Below are positions 7,377 to 15,230 of a stretch of 20,000 nucleotides of DNA, one piece after another (position 1 is the first letter of the stretch; each line of letters begins with the position of its first letter). Under the pieces are notes generated by a model. The model had not been told where the DNA came from and searched no databases. It worked only from the letters and a program-made list of their open reading frames with translations. The DNA lies in the IMG/VR virus record IMGVR_UViG_2690316191_000004, positions 50,105 to 70,104 of that record; one strand, 5' to 3'. The DNA comes from an uncultured virus (IMG/VR IMGVR_UViG_2690316191_000004). Its lineage: Duplodnaviria; Heunggongvirae; Uroviricota; Caudoviricetes. Made by a program: the position numbers and the translations under genes.

Positions 7377-8171
7377 TTAAACTGGTGTGTTTTCATCACC
7401 AAGCACCCACAGCAAAGCCGCTGCGTATTCGCCGCTGGCGGTTTGAAGTTGCAGGGTGATTTCCTTACGGGATTTAAGACGCGGCTTTGTGTCACCGAGA
7501 ACAGCGCGCTGGCGGCGAGCTTTCTCGTGGCCAGTTACACCCTCTGCCGCTGCCTCTAACTGTTTGACCGTTTCCCGTTGCTTTTCCGGTGGCATATCGA
7601 CCAGCTGACGAGCTTGAGTGACAGTGACTTTTCCAGCCTCAACCGCCGCCTGGACGGCCTGCGTAGCATCCAGTAGAGCCACGGTTGCCTGGACCGTTTT
7701 TACGCTGCAGCCAAAAAGCAGGGCAATGTCATTTTCGTCATGACCGTATTCCATCTGCTGAACCATTTTTTTTGCCCGGCCCAGTGGGGTATCTGGTTGC
7801 GTGATCTCGTTTTCGCTGACCATGTATTTGGCCATTTGAATTGCCGAGCCGCGCTTAGCTATACCGGGTACCGGCCAGGGTTCCAGCCCCGCCCGCTTTC
7901 TCCTGACGTTTGCTTCCATAGCGTTCTTTACGCGCTGCCGACCTGCAACCACGCAGGTTTTCCCTGTCTCTGGGTCCTTCCACACGATAATCGGTTCGAG
8001 TACCCCAAGCTCCATGATGTTGAGGATCACAGCTTCATTAAGCGGTAGGTGTACTCGTTCGTCGTAAAGCGGGTGTGTTGTATCGGTCACCAGATGCAGG
8101 TTTTCAGGTTCGAAAAACAGGACGTTGCTTTTACCGCTGGCGCCGTACGCGTCGATCGAGTTTTTAGCCAT
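7377..8171 (-). CDS. ParB/Spo0J-family protein (ParB N-terminal domain plus HTH)
   Basis: 264 aa. GVLEPIIV...VVAGRQRVK, SEN motif, HTH DIALLFGCSVKTV. Confidence 0.85.
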   Translation of the reverse strand: MAKNSIDAYGASGKSNVLFFEPENLHLVTDTTHPLYDERVHLPLNEAVILNIMELGVLEPIIVWKDPETGKTCVVAGRQRVKNAMEANVRRKRAGLEPWPVPGIAKRGSAIQMAKYMVSENEITQPDTPLGRAKKMVQQMEYGHDENDIALLFGCSVKTVQATVALLDATQAVQAAVEAGKVTVTQARQLVDMPPEKQRETVKQLEAAAEGVTGHEKARRQRAVLGDTKPRLKSRKEITLQLQTASGEYAAALLWVLGDENTPV

Positions 8172-8248
8172 GGGCGCCCCCGTTATTGAAATTCAGTTGG
8201 TTCATGTTCATAATTTCCCCTGTGAATTGATCCAGTTAATTCGCAACG

Positions 8249-8281
8249 AAAGCCGTAGGTGTTGCAGCACCGCGGCTTTTA
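8249..8281. terminator. Hairpin/terminator downstream of the cII-like gene (tR-like)
   Basis: AAAGCCG-TA-GGTG...CACC-G-CGGCTTT stem with short T-runs on both strands. Confidence 0.55.
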
Positions 8282-8299
8282 CCTTTCTGAATTCCAGCA

Positions 8300-8836
8300 T
8301 CACGTCACTCCCAGCATTGAAGTGACAATGGCCATCAGCGGCGCCGTTAACTCAGGGTCTATCCGGAACATCTCGACAATTCCCTCGCTCAGTTCTTTCA
8401 GCTTCTGATGGCGTGGAGCCCCCACAGCAACGGCAATCTTTGCTTCGCTGGTTTCTTTTTCCAGACGAGCCAGACGGGACATAAAATTGTCTTCGGGCAT
8501 CAGGCGATGGCGAAACTCCAGCGGAAGAACGGTCATGATTGCCGGGGTAAGAAGGCGAACGTACTCGCGATAGCGTTCAGACTCGGCCGGGTTGTCCAGG
8601 TAGCGAAAAAGCTTTTGTCTGGCTCGGCTGATGTCATCAGGAAACGCGATCTCCTCGCCGCCTTGCTGTCGCCACTCATCGATGATGTGTGCCGACACAA
8701 CGTCCTGCCCAGCAGCTGCAGCCCAGGCGCGAACGGCAGAGCGAATTGCGTCGTGATCCGCCTCTCTCTGTTGATTACGCTTTATCAGAGCGCCTGTGTT
8801 GAATCCGATATTTTGTTGAAAGGGAAGTGTTTGCAT
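8300..8836 (-). CDS. YdaT/CII-like transcriptional regulator (DUF1019)
   Basis: 178 aa. IRSAVRAWAA..GQDVV, RQKLFR.LD, L.PAI..VLPLEFR motifs; immediately after cro. Confidence 0.85.
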   Translation of the reverse strand: MQTLPFQQNIGFNTGALIKRNQQREADHDAIRSAVRAWAAAAGQDVVSAHIIDEWRQQGGEEIAFPDDISRARQKLFRYLDNPAESERYREYVRLLTPAIMTVLPLEFRHRLMPEDNFMSRLARLEKETSEAKIAVAVGAPRHQKLKELSEGIVEMFRIDPELTAPLMAIVTSMLGVT

Positions 8837-8838
8837 GT

Positions 8839-9069
8839 TTATACCCTCTGCTCCTGCGGCAAACCGTCGGTAGGGTTCGGGTATAAATCGGGGCGCAATT
8901 CGTGTGGCGTAACTCCGGTTGCTTTGAAGATAGTGAGAACGCGGCTTTGCGGTACCACGCCGTAATTTCTATTTTTCCAGTGACTAACCGTCATAGCTGA
9001 AACATCTAAACTTTCAGCTAGCTTGCTGGCATTCCCTGCAATGTTTATGGCTTTGTCGAGAGCTTTCAT
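8839..9069 (-). CDS. Cro/YdaS-like HTH regulator
   Basis: ATG 9069 with AGGAG RBS; 76 aa; HTH SKLAESLDVSAMTVSHW and the YdaS-type tail TGVTPHELRPDLY. Confidence 0.92.
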   Translation of the reverse strand: MKALDKAINIAGNASKLAESLDVSAMTVSHWKNRNYGVVPQSRVLTIFKATGVTPHELRPDLYPNPTDGLPQEQRV

Positions 9070-9096
9070 AGGTGACTCCTGTGAAGAAACACGACA

Positions 9097-9176
9097 ATTA
9101 AACAACAGGTTTAAATAACAGTCAAAGAAATTTCAACATATAGTTTATTTCGGGTGTTAAACGATTTGTTTATAAT
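9097..9176. promoter_or_regulatory. OR region: PR (minus), PRM -10 (plus) and three operators
   Basis: Operators TTAAAC-N5-GTTTAA 9098-9114, TTCAAC-N5-GTTTAT 9132-9148, TTAAAC-N5-GTTTAT 9157-9173. PR TTGACT(9125-9120)-17-TTTAAT(9102-9097). TATAAT at 9171-9176. Confidence 0.85.
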
Positions 9177-9182
9177 CTTGAT

Positions 9183-9770
9183 ATGAGAGAAAAAAACATC
9201 AAACCGCCAATGCTTTCTGACCGCCTTACCAAGGTGCTTAAAACCAGGAAGATGAGTAAGTCAGAATTAGCTAGAAGGGTTGGCGTGACTCCGCAAGCGG
9301 TGAATAACTGGTTCTCCAGGGGAGAGCTGGGGAGAGAGTCTGCTCAGCAGATTGCGGACGTCCTTAAAATCTCAATCGACTGGCTTTTGAATGGTGATCC
9401 GAATGACATTTTGACTATTGAACAAGTCAGAATGAAAAGGCTAAAACAATATGTCGAGAACGGCTCGCTTAAGATAGAAGATGATCCCTTCTTTGAAGAA
9501 ATCCTTTCAGGAAAGAAATCAATCAATGACAATGTCGCAAGGCGAATTGAACGCGACTTCAGTCTCCCTTTCGGCTCTCTTGATTACGATCCAGAGCGAG
9601 CATCATCTAATCTAGTTGGGGACTTATCTTCGACTGAGATCGAACTTGTACATCTTTTCCGTCAGATGCCAAAATCGGCGCAAAAGGAAATGCTGTTACT
9701 TTTTAACAGCAGAGTGAGTGAGTACTCGTCTCTTTTTAGAGAATTACTTGAACTGAAAGAACAGAAGTAG
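9183..9770 (+). CDS. Prophage repressor (XRE HTH), no recognisable S24 peptidase domain
   Basis: 195 aa. HTH KSELARRVGVTPQAVNNW...ISIDWLLNG; divergent from cro; helical C-terminus. Confidence 0.92.
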   Translation: MREKNIKPPMLSDRLTKVLKTRKMSKSELARRVGVTPQAVNNWFSRGELGRESAQQIADVLKISIDWLLNGDPNDILTIEQVRMKRLKQYVENGSLKIEDDPFFEEILSGKKSINDNVARRIERDFSLPFGSLDYDPERASSNLVGDLSSTEIELVHLFRQMPKSAQKEMLLLFNSRVSEYSSLFRELLELKEQK

Positions 9771-9796
9771 ACCTACCCCCCCTTGCGTAGAAGCAG

Positions 9797-9820
9797 AAAC
9801 CGGCACTTGCCGGTTTTTTT
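9797..9820 (+). terminator. Rho-independent terminator after the repressor
   Basis: AAACCGGCA-CT-TGCCGGTTT followed by a T-run. Confidence 0.85.
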
Positions 9821-9837
9821 GTACCCATCGACCAAAA

Positions 9838-9890
9838 TTAAACTACATGTTGAAAATAATCTTGACGCTAATTTAAACCTGTTGTTTAAT
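9838..9890 (+). promoter_or_regulatory. OL region: PL and two operators
   Basis: TTAAAC-N5-GTTGAA 9838-9854, TTAAAC-N5-GTTTAA 9873-9889; TTGACG(9862-9867)-17-TTTAAT(9885-9890). Confidence 0.85.
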
Positions 9891-9959
9891 TAATTCATCA
9901 ACAACGCGCTGCGTTGCTCCGATAAACGTTCCGCTGGCCACGTAATGGCTGAGGTTGAA

Positions 9960-10058
9960 ATGAGCAAACAAGGCATCAGAGCCATGGTCATTTCGGCAGT
10001 TATTGGGCTCTTCATCTGGATAGCGCTCGCCAGCGCACTGAGGGAGTTATTTCTATGA
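9960..10058 (+). CDS. 32-aa single-pass membrane peptide
   Basis: Manual translation MSKQGIRAMVISAVIGLFIWIALASALRELFL*; GAGGT RBS; ATGA overlap with the next ORF. Confidence 0.7.
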   Translation: MSKQGIRAMVISAVIGLFIWIALASALRELFL

Positions 10059-10168
10059 TTGATTTCGCACGAAAACCCGCTCGTCAGCAGGCTGTTCGTT
10101 TAAGTCCGCTGTCAGCTTTCATCCGCCGGGTGTGCTACATGCTCGCGCAAAAAGGAGACCCTTCATGA
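10055..10168 (+). CDS. 37-aa peptide, possibly CIII-like
   Basis: Manual translation MIDFARKPARQQAVRLSPLSAFIRRVCYMLAQKGDPS*; AGGGAG RBS; ATGA overlaps at both ends. Confidence 0.7.
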   Translation: MIDFARKPARQQAVRLSPLSAFIRRVCYMLAQKGDPS

Positions 10169-10356
10169 GCACGATGTTTGCCCTGGTTCTCACCGTTAGC
10201 ATGCTGACGGGCGGTAATCAGGATGTCCTGCTCGGCGTTTACGACAGTGAAAATGACTGCAAGGCAGCCGCAGAAGAGCAACACGTGAAAGCTGAATGTT
10301 ATCCGCTGAAAGGTGTACTGGACGAGCATCCGGCCGGGTTCACGGTGCAAATGTAG
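10165..10356 (+). CDS. DUF1482 (YdfD/YebW-like) protein
   Basis: MSTMFALVLTV...VYDSENDC.AAA.EQ....ECYP pattern like Qin YdfD; AGGAG RBS before ATG 10165. Confidence 0.8.
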   Translation: MSTMFALVLTVSMLTGGNQDVLLGVYDSENDCKAAAEEQHVKAECYPLKGVLDEHPAGFTVQM

Positions 10357-10364
10357 GGGGAAGA

Positions 10365-10520
10365 ATGCAGAAGAAATGCGGTTACTGCCGTAAAGCAATC
10401 GAGGGAAAACCAGTGGTAAGCACCCTGTTGTACCTCCAGGGGAACCAGCTCGCACGGAAAGAAAAAGAGTATTGCTCTGAACGTTGCGCCTCTCACGACC
10501 AGATGGCTCACGAGGGCTAA
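10365..10520 (+). CDS. YdaE-family zinc-binding protein
   Basis: 51 aa; CGYC...YCSERCA.HDQMAHE; purine-rich RBS. Confidence 0.8.
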   Translation: MQKKCGYCRKAIEGKPVVSTLLYLQGNQLARKEKEYCSERCASHDQMAHEG

Positions 10521-10657
10521 CGTAAACCCGCCGAAGCGGGCTGTACGTCCGGTGCCACCGACCAAAGTTACACCGGAAATTACCAAAACCAATGACCACC
10601 CTGAATGGGCGCTACCAATGGCCCGGGGGATTCTACATCCAAAATAGAGGCTATCAC

Positions 10658-13600
10658 ATGGAATATTTTTATCTGATAAAAGCGACTCAAAAATCGGGTA
10701 AAGCTGATGCCGTAATCTGGCGTACCAATAAATCAGAAGCTCGCGCCCTACTGCAGCTGGACGTCGATCTGGAAGACGCTGGGATCGAAACAGGCCGCGG
10801 CAAAGACTATCAAAAACCAATTCGTACCGATTTCCCGGTATTCAATGACCTTCCGGCGGAAGGTGTTCTCGATTACTCATGGTGCGAACGCTACCAGCTC
10901 GGCGACGATGGTCGCACCTGGGCTCTGAAACCCGGTCAGGCGCCTGCGAATCATCACATCGATGATGCCGGAGCCGTTAGTGGCGAGCTGGTTGATGCCA
11001 ATACTACTGGCGACGCGGCACAAGGTGAGACCGTGGAAACTTTCAGTAGCGATGAATACCAGGACGATTTGAGCGCGCTTTTTAACGTAGCAGAACTCCC
11101 CTTTCGCACTCAGCTGCTGGCGCAGTATATGGCCGAAGAACGCCACGTTTATCATATCAGCATGCCTCACCGGCAGGAGCTGTCAGTTCTTGAAATGGAC
11201 ACTGATAACGCAGCCGTCCAGGATCTGATTCTGGCCGCCGAGAATATCCCTGAAATCAAAAAATACGATATGCCGGCGCTCTGGAAATTCACCAGTGCCA
11301 ATAAAAAAGTCTTCCCGGAAGGGAAGCGGCATGAGCTCGGCAAGCGTATCCAGTTTGCAAAGCTGTGGTTCGCCACGAACGCGATTGACCGCGGCATTCT
11401 CACCAGGGAATGGGCTGCCGGTAACTGTATTTCTTCAGTTATGAAAACTGATACAGGTACGAATGCTGGCGGCGGTAATAAAACCGATCGCAATCCTGAC
11501 TACACCCATACCCTTGATACGCTCGATGTAGAAATAGCCCTGGCCACAATGCCAATGGATTTCGATATCTACAATTTCCCGGCATCAATTCACCGCCGGG
11601 CCAAAGAGATCGTCCAGAAGAAAGAAAGTCCGTTCAAGGAATGGTCGGCTGCCCTGCGCAAAACCCCTGGCATCCTGGATTATTCGCGTGCGGCGATTTT
11701 TGCACTGATCAGGGAAGCATCCAGCGGAATAACTCCTTTTCCAGATCGGTTGCGTGGCTACATCAACGCAAATCTGACTGAGCATAAGCATGACGCCCCT
11801 TCCCCTGAAACGCTTGCCAAGGCAGGGCATATTTCATCTGCCTCCGTCACTCTGGACGCTGTGAAAAAGGCTATCGATGGAGATGAAGGTGTGCCTGACC
11901 TGGAAACTCTCCCAACTGACTTTCAGGTAATTGGCACCGAACTGGTGAAAGAAGCTAAAAAGAAACGTCCTGACGCTAATCAGGTTCTGGCAGCCGAACG
12001 TGGCGAATATGTCGAAGGTATCAGTGACCCCACGGATCCGAAGTGGATAACCGAAGACCTGACCAAACCCAAACAGCCTGAAGTTTCAAACATGGGCAAT
12101 GGTGTTTTTTCGATTGATGGTCTGATGGATAGCCAGCCAGCACCAGCACTTTCTATCGTGGACCAGGCGCGCCAGCGCGCTGCAGAAGAAAAATTACATC
12201 CAGCTAATTCCGGGGAAACCACCAGCAATGTGCAGATGGAAACGGCTCAGCCGGTCGAAGACGAAAATGATAATGCGGTATCAGCAGGCGAAGGCGCTGA
12301 TGAACCTCCTGCGCAAACAACTGCCGTGAACATGAGCGAAATACTGGCTGAACGCTGCCCGGATCTTACCGCCGAAGTGCTGAAAAGCCAGGTTTCTGAG
12401 AATGCTCACAGTGATGATGAGGAAGAGGCTGAACAAGCAGCGCCAGCATGGCCGGAGTATTTCGAGCCAGGTCGATATGAAGACGTGCCAAATGAGATCT
12501 ACCACGCCGCTAACGGCATCAGCTCCACGATGGTTAAAGATGCGCGGGTATCGCTGATGTATTTCGAGGCGCGCCACGTATCCAAAACCATCCAGAAGGT
12601 ACGCTCCCCTGTTCTGGATATGGGCAATCTGGTGCATGCACTGGCGCTGCAGCCTAATCAGCTGGAAAAAGAATTCAGCATCGAGCCGGAAATCCCGGAA
12701 GGCGCTTTCACCACGACTGCGACGATCCGCGCGTTTATCGACGAATACAACAACGGGCTTCCGGTTTTGCTCAGCGCAGATGACATCAAGAGATTCCTGG
12801 AGGAATACAACGCGACCCTGCCCGCCCAGGTTCCTTTGGGTACATCAGTTGAAGAAACCGGCCAGGGTTATATGTCTTTGCCTGCTGAGTTCCAGCGCAT
12901 TGAAGACGGTCAAAAGCAAACCGCTACCGCAATGAAGGCATGCATCAAGGAATATAACGCTACTCTGCCCGCCCAGGTGAAAACCAGTGGCAGCCGTGAT
13001 GCGCTACTCGAACAACTGGCGATTATTAATCCTGACCTGGTGGCGCAGGAAGCGCAGAAACCGACGCCGCTGAAAGTGTCTGGCAGCAAAGCAGACATGA
13101 TCCAGGCAGTGAAGTCGGTGAAGCCCGATGCCATATTCGCCGACGAACTGCTGGATGCCTGGCGCGAGAACCCGGAAGGAAAAGTACTGGTTACCCGCCA
13201 GCAGCTGGCTACGGCACTGGCCATTCAGAAAGCACTGTTGAATCACCCGACCGCTGGCAAGTTGTTGACGCACCCGAGCCGTGCCGTCGAGGTGAGCTAT
13301 TTCGGCATTGATGAGGAAACCGGGCTGGAAGTTCGCGTGCGTCCTGACCTTGAGATAGACATGGGCGGCCTGCGCATCGGTGCGGACCTGAAAACCATCA
13401 GTATGTGGAACATCAAGCAGGAAGGCCTGCGCGCGAAGCTGCACCGGGAAATCATTGAGCGCGATTACCACCTCAGCGCGGCTATGTACTGCGAAACAGC
13501 AGCGCTGGATCAGTTCTTCTGGATATTCGTTAACAAAGACGAGAACTACCACTGGATCGCCATCATCGAGGCATCCGAAGAACTGCTGGAACTCGGCATG

Positions 13601-13741
13601 CTGGAGTACCGCAAAGCTATGCGCGCCATTGCGAACGGTTTCGACACTGGCGACTGGCCGGCGCCGATTACCGAAGACTACACCGAAGAGCTTAACGATT
13701 TTGATGTGCGCCGTCTCGAAGCGCTGCGCGTAAAGGCATAA
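10658..13741 (+). CDS. recE: Exodeoxyribonuclease VIII (RecE family, C-terminal PD-(D/E)XK nuclease)
   Basis: Start MEYFYLIKATQKSGK at 10658 with GAGG RBS. GISST, G..VH.L.L.P, E.S...D.ETGL..RVRPD, ADLKT, YHLSAAMY motifs; followed by recT. Confidence 0.93.
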   Translation: MEYFYLIKATQKSGKADAVIWRTNKSEARALLQLDVDLEDAGIETGRGKDYQKPIRTDFPVFNDLPAEGVLDYSWCERYQLGDDGRTWALKPGQAPANHHIDDAGAVSGELVDANTTGDAAQGETVETFSSDEYQDDLSALFNVAELPFRTQLLAQYMAEERHVYHISMPHRQELSVLEMDTDNAAVQDLILAAENIPEIKKYDMPALWKFTSANKKVFPEGKRHELGKRIQFAKLWFATNAIDRGILTREWAAGNCISSVMKTDTGTNAGGGNKTDRNPDYTHTLDTLDVEIALATMPMDFDIYNFPASIHRRAKEIVQKKESPFKEWSAALRKTPGILDYSRAAIFALIREASSGITPFPDRLRGYINANLTEHKHDAPSPETLAKAGHISSASVTLDAVKKAIDGDEGVPDLETLPTDFQVIGTELVKEAKKKRPDANQVLAAERGEYVEGISDPTDPKWITEDLTKPKQPEVSNMGNGVFSIDGLMDSQPAPALSIVDQARQRAAEEKLHPANSGETTSNVQMETAQPVEDENDNAVSAGEGADEPPAQTTAVNMSEILAERCPDLTAEVLKSQVSENAHSDDEEEAEQAAPAWPEYFEPGRYEDVPNEIYHAANGISSTMVKDARVSLMYFEARHVSKTIQKVRSPVLDMGNLVHALALQPNQLEKEFSIEPEIPEGAFTTTATIRAFIDEYNNGLPVLLSADDIKRFLEEYNATLPAQVPLGTSVEETGQGYMSLPAEFQRIEDGQKQTATAMKACIKEYNATLPAQVKTSGSRDALLEQLAIINPDLVAQEAQKPTPLKVSGSKADMIQAVKSVKPDAIFADELLDAWRENPEGKVLVTRQQLATALAIQKALLNHPTAGKLLTHPSRAVEVSYFGIDEETGLEVRVRPDLEIDMGGLRIGADLKTISMWNIKQEGLRAKLHREIIERDYHLSAAMYCETAALDQFFWIFVNKDENYHWIAIIEASEELLELGMLEYRKAMRAIANGFDTGDWPAPITEDYTEELNDFDVRRLEALRVKA

Positions 13742-13753
13742 GGGGGAATAACA

Positions 13754-14842
13754 ATGTCCAATTTAGTCGCAACTACTGACAACCAGACCCAGAAGATCGA
13801 CAACGTTTCTATCCTGACGAACGGTGAATTGTTCAACCGCCTGCGCACGCTCTCGGAAGTAATGGCCAATAGTGGAAACTTCGTACCTGAGCATTATCGC
13901 GGGAAACCAGATGCGTGCATGGCTGTAGTGATGCAAGCAGCGCGTTGGGGTATGGATCCGTTTGCAGTGGCACAGAAAACCTTCATCGTGGGTAACTCAG
14001 GTGTGCTTGGCTATGAGGCACAACTGGTGAATGCGGTAATTAACACCATGGCTCCAACCAAAGACCGGATCCATTTTGAATGGTTTGGTGCATGGGAAAA
14101 TATCGTTGGCCGCTTCATTAAAAAAACCAGCGGCAAAGGTAACGACTACATCGCGCCGGGCTGGGATTTGCAAGATGAAGCTGGCGTGGGCGTCCGCGCC
14201 TGGGCAACGCTCAAAGGAGAATCAGAACCTCGTGAGCTTGTGCTGATGCTTTCGCAGGCACAAGTCCGCAACTCTACACTGTGGGCGAGCGACCCCCGCC
14301 AGCAACTGGCCTATCTCGCAGTTAAACGTTGGGCGCGACTGTACTGCCCGGATGTGATCCTCGGTGTCTATACCGCCGATGAAATTGATGAGCGTGAGGA
14401 GAAGGTGATCAACCCCTCGTCTGTTGAAAGGGTCACCATTGATGAGATTGCCAGCAGTGCGGGAACATCAGCCAGTGCACAGGAATCAACCAAAAATATC
14501 GATCAGTTAGCCGACGATTTGCGTGACCGCATTGAAAAAGCAGTGACAGTCGACCAGGCAAGCGCAATCCGTGGCGACATCGAAACCCAAAAACCAACAC
14601 TTGGTACCGCGCTATACACGGAACTGAAAAATAAAGCCGTTCGTCAATATCACCTGGCTGATCACCGTAACCGGGTGGAAGCGGCTATCAATTCACTGCC
14701 AAATCCTGGAGATCCGGAAGCCGCAGAATCGTTTGCTAAAGCCGAAGGAGTTCTCAATACCGCCAAACGTTACCTGGGCGATGAACTGTATGACCAGTTC
14801 CGCATCACCCTGGACGACATGAAACCGGAATACGTGGGCTAA
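13754..14842 (+). CDS. recT: RecT-family single-strand annealing recombinase
   Basis: 362 aa; VPEHYRGKP.AC.AV..QA.RWGMDPF, W..DP.QQLAY.A...WAR...PDVI.G.Y..DE. Confidence 0.9.
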   Translation: MSNLVATTDNQTQKIDNVSILTNGELFNRLRTLSEVMANSGNFVPEHYRGKPDACMAVVMQAARWGMDPFAVAQKTFIVGNSGVLGYEAQLVNAVINTMAPTKDRIHFEWFGAWENIVGRFIKKTSGKGNDYIAPGWDLQDEAGVGVRAWATLKGESEPRELVLMLSQAQVRNSTLWASDPRQQLAYLAVKRWARLYCPDVILGVYTADEIDEREEKVINPSSVERVTIDEIASSAGTSASAQESTKNIDQLADDLRDRIEKAVTVDQASAIRGDIETQKPTLGTALYTELKNKAVRQYHLADHRNRVEAAINSLPNPGDPEAAESFAKAEGVLNTAKRYLGDELYDQFRITLDDMKPEYVG

Positions 14843-14848
14843 GGGAGG

Positions 14849-14868
14849 CGGGAGGGTTCGCCCTCCCG
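14849..14868 (+). other. Perfect GC-rich hairpin with TTCG loop, no T-tract
   Basis: CGGGAGGG-TTCG-CCCTCCCG between the recT stop and the next ATG. Confidence 0.8.
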
Positions 14869-14876
14869 GTAACTAT

Positions 14877-15230
14877 ATGAGCAAATCACTTAACCCACGA
14901 TGCATACGCCGCTGGAAAGTTGAATTCAAAGGGCGCTGCGATTCGAAATATAGCCCCTACTGGCACAAGCGCGATCTCCGCGGTTACATCCGTGAGGCGG
15001 CACTGACTACGGCGTATTGCATGGTTGAAAACTTGGCCTACAACAACGCAATGCACGATTTTTTCGCTGATGTGGGTGACAGGAATGGCTGGTCGCCAGA
15101 GTTCTCAGCATGGTACGACTGGCGTCGAGAGCATTATCTCAAAGAAGCTCGCGACTACCTGAATGAAGAAGCCACCAACGACGAAATAGACGACGAAATA
15201 GAGAACGAGCTGGAGGCCTGGAATGACTGA
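14877..15230 (+). CDS. Hypothetical phage protein with acidic C-terminus
   Basis: 117-aa ORF fitting the operon; overlaps the next start. Confidence 0.75.
   Translation: MSKSLNPRCIRRWKVEFKGRCDSKYSPYWHKRDLRGYIREAALTTAYCMVENLAYNNAMHDFFADVGDRNGWSPEFSAWYDWRREHYLKEARDYLNEEATNDEIDDEIENELEAWND

Noticed and set aside
3143..8171. ParA-like cargo gene and phage ParB-like gene as a parABS system
   Set aside because: They are separated by other genes and differ in base composition; the ParA-like protein has a variant Walker A and extra domains and is coupled to other partners.
10592..10657. Longer ORF-track starts for recE (similarly cro 9105, DUF1482 10132, YdaE 10296, DUF4060 16033, int 16552, host ORF 18574)
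   Set aside because: Downstream ATGs have clear RBSs or ATGA coupling and family-typical N-termini.
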